Under the pieces are notes generated by a model. That model was not told where the DNA came from. It saw only the letters and a list, made by a program, of their open reading frames with translations, and ran no database searches. A DNA stretch of 32,000 bases. It comes from an uncultured Candidatus Saccharimonas sp. (lineage in GTDB: Bacteria; Patescibacteriota; Saccharimonadia; Saccharimonadales; Saccharimonadaceae). The translations under genes were made by a program, and so were the position numbers. The stretch spans positions 90,001 to 122,000 of the forward strand of contig CAURWT010000002.1 of the NCBI GenBank assembly GCA_963528875.1. The letters are read 5' to 3'. Below are positions 25,751 to 32,000 of this stretch, in pieces. Within the stretch, counting starts at the first letter, position 1. Every line of letters begins with the position of its first letter.

Positions 25751-26230
25751 ATGAAAAAGCCAAAAACTTCTGCTAAAAATATTATTAATCGTCGAGCGCG
25801 GTTTGATTATGAGCTTGACAACGAGCTTATTGCTGGAATGAGCTTGCGTGGAGTTGAAGTTCGTGCGGTGCGTGATGGCCGCGTTAGTTTAAAGGGTGCT
25901 TTCGTAACTCTTAGAAACGGGCGAAAAGGTGAAGAACTTTGGCTCAATAATGCAAGTTTTTCACTCAAAAATCAGGGCGAGGGAATTTCAAAAGCCGACA
26001 CTATTGATACTTCGCCCAAAAAACTCCTCGCAACTCGCAAACAGATCGAGGATTTTTCGAGCCAAAAGAAGGCAGGCTTCACAATTGTGCCAGTTAAAAT
26101 TTTAGCCGAAGGTCGCTTTATTAAAATTGTAATCGCACTCGGAAAAGGTAAAAAACAATATGACAAGCGTGAAACTTTAAAACGTCGCCAATCTGAACGT
26201 GAAAATGCAAGAATGTTAAAGAGGTATTAG
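25751..26230 (+). CDS. smpB: SsrA-binding protein SmpB
   Basis: NRRARFDYELDNELIAGMSLRGVEV..., typical of SmpB, plus a basic C-terminal tail. I chose ATG 25751 over the track TTG 25715 because the promoter occupies 25715-25743. Confidence 0.9.
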   Translation: MKKPKTSAKNIINRRARFDYELDNELIAGMSLRGVEVRAVRDGRVSLKGAFVTLRNGRKGEELWLNNASFSLKNQGEGISKADTIDTSPKKLLATRKQIEDFSSQKKAGFTIVPVKILAEGRFIKIVIALGKGKKQYDKRETLKRRQSERENARMLKRY

Positions 26231-27115
26231 ATGAAAATTTTTTCTTGGAATGTTAATGGAATTCGTGCGGTCGAAAAAAAAAGGAATTTAGCGGAATTTT
26301 TAAGCGTAAAAAATCCCGATATCGCATGTTTTCAAGAAATTAAAATTGATGAAATGCAAATTTCGAAAGAGAATTTTGACGAAAAATATCCTGAATATTT
26401 TAAATTTTATTCTCACGCCGAACGAAAAGGTTATGCGGGAACATCAATCTGGTCAAAGCAAAAACCACAAGCAATTTTACGAAATTTTCCAAAAAAAATT
26501 TTAGAAAATTTTGAACTTAGCGATAATTTTGGCGATGCCACAACTGAAGGGCGAATTTGTGCTGCAAAATTTAATAATTTTTGGCTAATTACAGTTTATA
26601 CTCCAAACACTAAAAACGATTTGGGCCGCTTAAAATTGCGAGAAAATTGGGATGTAGCCTTTTTGGCTTTTTCGAAAGGTCTAGAAAATGGTGAATTTTC
26701 AAAAGAAGATTTTGCAGAAAATTCAGAAATTATTGAAGAAAATCCTCAAGATATTTTTAAGCCGAGTTCGGTTATTTTTTGTGGTGACTTAAATGTTGCA
26801 CACGAGGAAATTGACCTTTCGAACCCAAAAGCTAATCGCGGAAAACATGGCTTTACAGATGAAGAGCGACTTGGATTTTCTAATTTCTTAAAAGCCGATT
26901 TATTTGATATTTTTCGAAATCAAAACCTAGAAAAGGCTGAAATTTACACTTGGTGGAGCCATTTTGCAAAATCTCGCGAACGAAATGTTGGCTGGCGGAT
27001 TGATTATTTTGTTGTTTCAAAATCATTAAATTCAGAAAAAAATAAAGCCGAAATTCATAACGAAATTATGGGGAGCGATCATTGTCCAATTTCACTGGAG
27101 CTTAAAGATGTTTGA
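26231..27115 (+). CDS. xth: Exodeoxyribonuclease III / AP endonuclease (Xth/ExoA family)
   Basis: SWNVNGIRA, CFQEIK, GDLNVAHEEIDL, WWSHF...GWRIDYF and GSDHCPISLEL motifs. The ATG directly abuts the smpB stop. Confidence 0.92.
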   Translation: MKIFSWNVNGIRAVEKKRNLAEFLSVKNPDIACFQEIKIDEMQISKENFDEKYPEYFKFYSHAERKGYAGTSIWSKQKPQAILRNFPKKILENFELSDNFGDATTEGRICAAKFNNFWLITVYTPNTKNDLGRLKLRENWDVAFLAFSKGLENGEFSKEDFAENSEIIEENPQDIFKPSSVIFCGDLNVAHEEIDLSNPKANRGKHGFTDEERLGFSNFLKADLFDIFRNQNLEKAEIYTWWSHFAKSRERNVGWRIDYFVVSKSLNSEKNKAEIHNEIMGSDHCPISLELKDV

Positions 27116-27914
27116 TTTTTGGCAAGTTCAATCTTCGAAATTACTTTTTCCTGAAATTGCTTGGAATAAACCTGAGCAAAAAGGACATGCGGGCAAACTT
27201 TTGATTATCGGCGGCGGAGCAGGGGCTTTTCGCGGACTTGCAACTTCTCACCAAACTGCTTTAAAGACTGGTGTTGGGGAAGTTCGAATTTTATTACCAG
27301 ACAGTTTGAAAAAAGACATTAAAATTGATTCAAGCGAGCTAATCTTTGCAAAAAGTAATCTTTCTGGTGGATTTTCGAATGAAGCTTGGGCAGTTTTTAA
27401 AGCTGGGGAAAAGTGGGCGGATTCTATTTTATTTATTGGCGACACGAACAAAAACTCCGAAACAGCAATTCTTTTCGAAAAATTTATTCTTGAAAGCGAG
27501 AAGCCTGTTCTTATCGCTCGCGATGCAGTTGATATTTTACTTGATTCTTTTAGCGAGATTTTATTAAAAGAAAATGTAAGTATTTTGGCAAGCTTTGCGC
27601 AACTTCAAAAGATTTTTTCGAAAGTTTTTTACCCAAAAGTTCTAACTTTCTCGATGAATCTTTCGAATATTGTTGAAGTTCTACATAAATTTACACTTTC
27701 TTATCCTGCTCAAATTTTAACTTTAAATAACGAAAACTTTATTATTTCTGAAAATGGTGAAGTTTTTTCATCTCCACTAAATTCAACTTTAAACTTGGGC
27801 AAGCTTTCACCTATCCAAATATGGTCAGGTGAAATTCCTACAAAAATTGCGGTTTGGCAAATTTGGAATAAAAACCAGAGGTCAAAAGCTGCAATCACAG
27901 CAATATCATCTTGA
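27108..27914 (+). CDS. Divergent YjeF C-terminal / carbohydrate-kinase-like protein (NAD(P)HX dehydratase-like)
   Basis: The N-terminal block KGHAGKLLIIGGGAGAFRGLATSHQTALKTGVGEVRILLP resembles the KGxxGxxLxIGGSxxYxGAxxLA...GxGLV motif of YjeF_C proteins. I could not find the C-terminal GGxGD-type motif, so the call is tentative. Confidence 0.35.
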   Translation: MFDFWQVQSSKLLFPEIAWNKPEQKGHAGKLLIIGGGAGAFRGLATSHQTALKTGVGEVRILLPDSLKKDIKIDSSELIFAKSNLSGGFSNEAWAVFKAGEKWADSILFIGDTNKNSETAILFEKFILESEKPVLIARDAVDILLDSFSEILLKENVSILASFAQLQKIFSKVFYPKVLTFSMNLSNIVEVLHKFTLSYPAQILTLNNENFIISENGEVFSSPLNSTLNLGKLSPIQIWSGEIPTKIAVWQIWNKNQRSKAAITAISS

Positions 27915-27962
27915 TTTTTAAAAACATAAGTATTATAATTGATTTTATAATACGAGATTTTT

Positions 27963-29141
27963 ATGATTGAAATGAAGAGAACTCGCCAAGATAAAGCCGA
28001 GAAAAATATTGAAAGAATAAAGAAAAATCCTCAAAAAGAGAAAGCTTTATTAGATAATCCTAAAAAATCACGTTTTTCACTTTCGAATTTGTCAAAAAAA
28101 CAAAAAATTAGTTTAATTATTGGTGTAATATTTTTGATTTTGGTTATTGTTTTTAGTTTTTTGTTCTTTTTTAGAAAACCAGAAAGCGCACCCGTGAAAA
28201 ATCCAGCCCCAAAAAGCCAAAAAACCGAGCCAAAAAAGAAAGCTAAACCAGAAAAATTTTATTCAAAATTATCTGGAGTTGAAGTTTCTGAGAAATCGCT
28301 CGAAAACGCACCAGTTTTTGGTGTTATGATCGAAAATTCGATTCCAGCAAGACCACAATCTGGATTAAGCCAAGCTGAGGTTGTTTTTGAAGCAATTGCT
28401 GAAGGTGGAATTACACGTTTTTTGGCTCTATATCAGCAAAATAAGCCTGAACTATTGGGGCCCGTTAGAAGCGTTCGCGGTTATTATATTGATTGGGCTT
28501 CAGGATTTGATGCCTCGGTTGCCCATGTTGGTGGGCCAGGAGATGCTTTGGCGAGAATGCGAGACGGCAAACATAAGGATATGGATGAATTCTTAAACAC
28601 ACAGACCTTTTGGCGTTCAAAAAATCGCTACGCGCCTCATAATGTCTATACGAATTTTACAAATTTATCAGCATTAGGCTCTTCGAAAGGTTGGAATTCT
28701 TCGAATTTTGAAGGTTTTAGTCGAAAAGAAGACTCACCAGCAAAAGATAAAAATGCAACCCAAATTCAGGTTAATATTTCAGGTTTTTCTTATAATTCAA
28801 CCTATGTTTACCGAGAAAACTGTAATTGCTATTTGCGAAGTCAGGCCGGAGTTACTCATACAGATGCAAATGGAACTCAAATCTCAACGAAAACCCTAAT
28901 TATTTTAAAAATAGAAAACGGGCTAGCTGCAGACAGATATCATAATGTCTACGGAAATATTGGGAGTGGAGTAGCGATTGTATTTCAAGATGGAGTAGCT
29001 CAAGAGGTGAAATGGGTAAAATCAAGTGAAAGCTCCCCGTTGATTTTACAAAATAATGATAGTTCAAATTTTAAAATAAATCGAGGTCAATCTTGGATTG
29101 TTGCGGTCGGAAATTCAATGGGCTCAATAGGTTGGCAGTAA
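27963..29141 (+). CDS. Membrane-anchored DUF3048 (YerB-like) protein
   Basis: N-terminal basic region, a TM (ISLIIGVIFLILVIVFSFLFFF), then VMIENSIPARPQSGLSQAEVVFEAIAEGGITRFLALY...VRSVRGYYIDWA, which matches my memory of the conserved DUF3048 N-terminal block. Confidence 0.55.
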   Translation: MIEMKRTRQDKAEKNIERIKKNPQKEKALLDNPKKSRFSLSNLSKKQKISLIIGVIFLILVIVFSFLFFFRKPESAPVKNPAPKSQKTEPKKKAKPEKFYSKLSGVEVSEKSLENAPVFGVMIENSIPARPQSGLSQAEVVFEAIAEGGITRFLALYQQNKPELLGPVRSVRGYYIDWASGFDASVAHVGGPGDALARMRDGKHKDMDEFLNTQTFWRSKNRYAPHNVYTNFTNLSALGSSKGWNSSNFEGFSRKEDSPAKDKNATQIQVNISGFSYNSTYVYRENCNCYLRSQAGVTHTDANGTQISTKTLIILKIENGLAADRYHNVYGNIGSGVAIVFQDGVAQEVKWVKSSESSPLILQNNDSSNFKINRGQSWIVAVGNSMGSIGWQ

Positions 29142-29215
29142 ACATGTATTATATTTTTGTTCGCTTTTTGTTTTTTTGCGAGCTTGGGCTAACAGTTTAA
29201 GTTTCACATAGTCTG

Positions 29216-29449
29216 TTAGTCCTCGTTTAGAAAGTTATCGATTTTATCTGATTGTGAAATTGATTTAATAGCGTCCATAAGGCCAAATTTGTCTTTTTTA
29301 TCGACAAAATAATCAATTTCTAAACCATTTTTGAATCGAAGAGTAAGAATTGTAAAATAATTTCCAGATTTTTCAGATTTTCGAGTTCGAAGTGCTACAC
29401 GGGCAACTGTTGAAATGATATTGTCTTGATTTAAAATTTTTTCTTGCAT
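29216..29449 (-). CDS. Hypothetical small protein (77 aa)
   Basis: ORF preceded on the minus strand by SD aaggag and a tataat element. No family recognised. Confidence 0.5.
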   Translation of the reverse strand: MQEKILNQDNIISTVARVALRTRKSEKSGNYFTILTLRFKNGLEIDYFVDKKDKFGLMDAIKSISQSDKIDNFLNED

Positions 29450-29953
29450 AATTTATTTTTTCTCCTTGAAAATTATATTTTTTAAATTACAAAAACATAA
29501 TAGCATATGCAAAAAGGAAATACAAGAAGGGTCGCACAATATATCTTTTACGACATCATACGTAAAAACAACTCTTAAATATAAAAATTAACTTACTATT
29601 TATATTTATACTGTGTAGGATTTATTTTATATAAATTATTTTTGTGGAATATAATAAAATAACAGATCTGTATAAATTATAATCTAGTAAATTATCAACA
29701 AGGAAAGAGCGGGAATTACAAAAAAATATTTTCCTTATATAATTTAAAAATTCTTTAAGTTTAATTTCTCAAATATCCATCTTTTCTAATAGATAAAAAT
29801 AATTTTCTACACCCCTACCTTATTTATTTTTTGACAATTTGACTTTTTTATTTTTTAATATTATAATATATTTTTTATATTTCTCCCTACTCTTCTTGTT
29901 CTCAATTGTATTATAGAACAAAAAACGAACAAACCCCTTCTCCTTTTTTGTTT

Positions 29954-30829
29954 TTATTTATAATAACCTTTTCCTTCAATTCTTAGATCTATGTAATTTG
30001 GTGAAATTTTATGAGTTCTAAAATATTCAATAGCTTTTTTAAAGTTAATAATTTGCCCTTCTGCGGAATCGGCTGTCGACATCCTCGCAAAGTAACTTAT
30101 ACCTTCTACAGAAACTTCAACCTGTCGTAAACTAAGGGGCGGAATACGAATTTTCGAAACCTCTAGTCCTTGTTTGTTCGCAGCAGAAACTAGTTTTCCA
30201 ATAAAGCTAAAAAAGCTACTGCTTGCAACATTTTTACCGTTAGAAACTATAGCACCACTATCATCAATTATATTTAGTGACGGTTTTTCAAAATTATTAA
30301 CACTAAAAGATATACCTTCAGAATCTACAAAAAATTCTTTACTATCGACCAACCAAGAAGCAACAGGTTTTCGAAAATCAAGATAAATTTTATATGAGGT
30401 TAAACCATTAAATTTAATATCCGAAATAGATAACACCTCTGGATAATCTTTTTGAAGACTTTCAAGTAAAGCATTTTTATTTAAATTTGACAAAATCCGT
30501 TCACTCGGATTTATATTTAAATATTCTTCAACTGATTTTTCATATTTACTTAAATTTTGGCTTTTTGACTCATTTGAAACTACTGAAACCTTAGAAATAA
30601 ACTGAAATAAAAATATAGAAATTAAACTTATAAAAATAGCTAAAATTATGAAAAAAGCACCTAGCTTTCTTCGGCGAATAACTAATTTTTGATTTTCTAA
30701 ACGCTCAGAATGCTCTTTTTGATGCCGTGAAATTGTTTTTCCACGCCGAAAATCACCCTTCTCTTTTGAGCGTTCTTCTAGGATCTTTTCGCGCATTTCG
30801 CGTCGAGTTAAGTTTTTTTCTTCTTTCAT
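29954..30829 (-). CDS. ftsQ: Cell division protein FtsQ/DivIB-like (basic cytoplasmic N-terminus, single TM, POTRA-like region)
   Basis: Bitopic topology (TM LGAFFIILAIFISLISIFLFQFI) and a position immediately downstream of murG, as in dcw clusters. Sequence similarity itself is weak. Confidence 0.6.
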   Translation of the reverse strand: MKEEKNLTRREMREKILEERSKEKGDFRRGKTISRHQKEHSERLENQKLVIRRRKLGAFFIILAIFISLISIFLFQFISKVSVVSNESKSQNLSKYEKSVEEYLNINPSERILSNLNKNALLESLQKDYPEVLSISDIKFNGLTSYKIYLDFRKPVASWLVDSKEFFVDSEGISFSVNNFEKPSLNIIDDSGAIVSNGKNVASSSFFSFIGKLVSAANKQGLEVSKIRIPPLSLRQVEVSVEGISYFARMSTADSAEGQIINFKKAIEYFRTHKISPNYIDLRIEGKGYYK

Positions 30830-30862
30830 CTAACTATAATTATACCATAAGCTCAATATTTT

Positions 30863-32000
30863 TTATAGTTTCACAGCCTCAAAAATCATTTCTGCAACAT
30901 CTTTAGCAGCATTAGGCTTAGCAAACTTACCAAATTCTTTACCAAGTTTAAGCATCTCTTCTGGATTTTCTAAAGTTCTCAAAATTTCATCTGAAAGGAT
31001 TTCTGGATTTTTTTCAATTTCATCGTCTGAAACAATCTTAACAGCATTAGATTTTTGATAAACCTGCGCATTTTTTAATTGATGTCCACCTGTTAATCTT
31101 GCGTTTGGAACAAGAATTGTTGGCTTGTGAAGCGCGGCAAGTTCAAGGTTGGAAGTTGCACCAGCCCGAGCAACAACCAAATCTGCAGCAGCTAAAAACT
31201 TCCACATATCTTTTGATACAAAACTTAACAAGTAAAAATCCTTCGAAAACCCCTCAGTTTTTCTCTTAAGTTCACTAAATTGAGATACGCCAGAAATTAG
31301 AACAATTTGAGCGGATTTTGAAAGCTCCCTGCCCTTTGAAACTACCGCATTGTTAAGCCGAGTTGCACCAAGACCACCACCAGTAACTAAAACAAGAGGC
31401 TTACTTTTCGAAAACCCGAGCTCAACCTTAAAATTATCTTGTTCTTTTTTACTATATTTTTTAAAATTTTCAAGTACCGGAATTCCAACGTAATTTGAAA
31501 TTTCTTTTGGATAATTATAAAATTCGAGTGGTGCGCCTGTTGCAATCCTTTTAGCAAATTTTGAAATAATACGATTAGCTAAACCTGGGTGAGCATCAGA
31601 ATCATGTATCACAATTGGAATTCTCAAAATCCAAGCGCTTATTCCAACAGGAACACAAACAAACCCACCTTTACAGAAAATAACATCTGGTCGCCAAAAA
31701 ATTAGTTTGAAAAAAGACTGAAAAATACCAGCAATATTTCGAAAAATATCTATAAGATTGCCAAAAACAACACTTGGAATTGTAAGATGTTGCCAAAAAG
31801 TTAAGTGATTGTAGCGGCGAAATTTCCCACTTGAAATTTTCGAAATTTTAACTCTTTCACCAAAAGAATCAGTCATTATTTTTTTAGCCTGTGGTGCAAA
31901 TTTTTTATCACACCAAAAATGTAATTCTACTTTTGGATTTTTCTTTAAAATTTCCTTAAAAACTGCCACGATTGGAACTACGTGACCGCCCGACCCGCCG
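30863..32000 (-). CDS. murG: UDP-N-acetylglucosamine--N-acetylmuramyl-(pentapeptide) pyrophosphoryl-undecaprenol GlcNAc transferase MurG; N-terminus outside the window
   Basis: The frame stays open to the window edge and reads GGSGGHVVPIVAV (the MurG G-loop GGTGGH-type motif). Also present: TGGGLGATRLN and ARAGATSNLELAALHKPTILVP. The track M at 31969 is an internal GTG (Val). Confidence 0.9.
   Translation of the reverse strand, partial: GGSGGHVVPIVAVFKEILKKNPKVELHFWCDKKFAPQAKKIMTDSFGERVKISKISSGKFRRYNHLTFWQHLTIPSVVFGNLIDIFRNIAGIFQSFFKLIFWRPDVIFCKGGFVCVPVGISAWILRIPIVIHDSDAHPGLANRIISKFAKRIATGAPLEFYNYPKEISNYVGIPVLENFKKYSKKEQDNFKVELGFSKSKPLVLVTGGGLGATRLNNAVVSKGRELSKSAQIVLISGVSQFSELKRKTEGFSKDFYLLSFVSKDMWKFLAAADLVVARAGATSNLELAALHKPTILVPNARLTGGHQLKNAQVYQKSNAVKIVSDDEIEKNPEILSDEILRTLENPEEMLKLGKEFGKFAKPNAAKDVAEMIFEAVKL

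Noticed and set aside
25662-26230. I searched for tmRNA (ssrA) next to smpB, and for tRNA genes anywhere in the window using T-arm-like GGTTCGAATCC patterns.
   Set aside because: No intergenic region near smpB is long enough. The many TTCGAA hits lie inside coding frames and lack flanking tRNA-like stems. None could be supported without a covariance-model scan.
29450-29953. The AT-rich gap as a replication origin (DnaA-box-like ttatcaaca near 29692 and tgtggaata near 29643).
   Set aside because: There are only single imperfect boxes, no dnaA or dnaN nearby and no box cluster. In this composition that is consistent with chance.

Overview
The window is low-GC and densely coding, with almost all genes on the + strand. 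Gene content suggests a reduced-genome bacterium, possibly a Patescibacteria/CPR (Saccharibacteria-like) lineage; that assignment is inference only. TGA, TAA and TAG all end well-supported genes, so the standard bacterial code applies. Most genes are housekeeping: pcrA, rsmA, metG, tatD, der, pth, smpB, xth, a pseudouridine synthase, two further rRNA methyltransferases, and murG-ftsQ at the right edge. I found no tRNA, rRNA, tmRNA, CRISPR array, transposase or integrase.

Findings worth a second look:
- Pilin cassette (2061-3419): two convergent type IV pilin genes have 5' UTRs and first 50 codons that form perfect 192-bp inverted repeats. These bracket the variable 3' halves, two terminators and an (AATAG)6 repeat. 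This is a candidate recombinational pilin switch with no invertase gene nearby.
- TTCGAA excess: the palindrome TTCGAA, mostly as TTTCGAAA, is strongly over-represented in all three reading frames and in intergenic DNA. It is sparse in the pilin cassette and in an ABC/two-component module.
- Low-complexity signalling pair: a soluble PAS histidine kinase and a receiver-only response regulator both carry roughly 200-250 aa Q/N/P-rich tails.
- Leaderless-type promoters: several genes have an extended -10 (TGnTATAAT) only 6-9 nt from the start codon and no Shine-Dalgarno.
- Small unannotated gene: a 41-aa highly basic ORF has its own promoter, SD and terminator.
- ABC/TCS module: a split FtsX-type ABC transporter sits next to an OmpR-type two-component system.
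- Non-coding gap: about 500 bp of AT-rich DNA lies between ftsQ and a small minus-strand gene.
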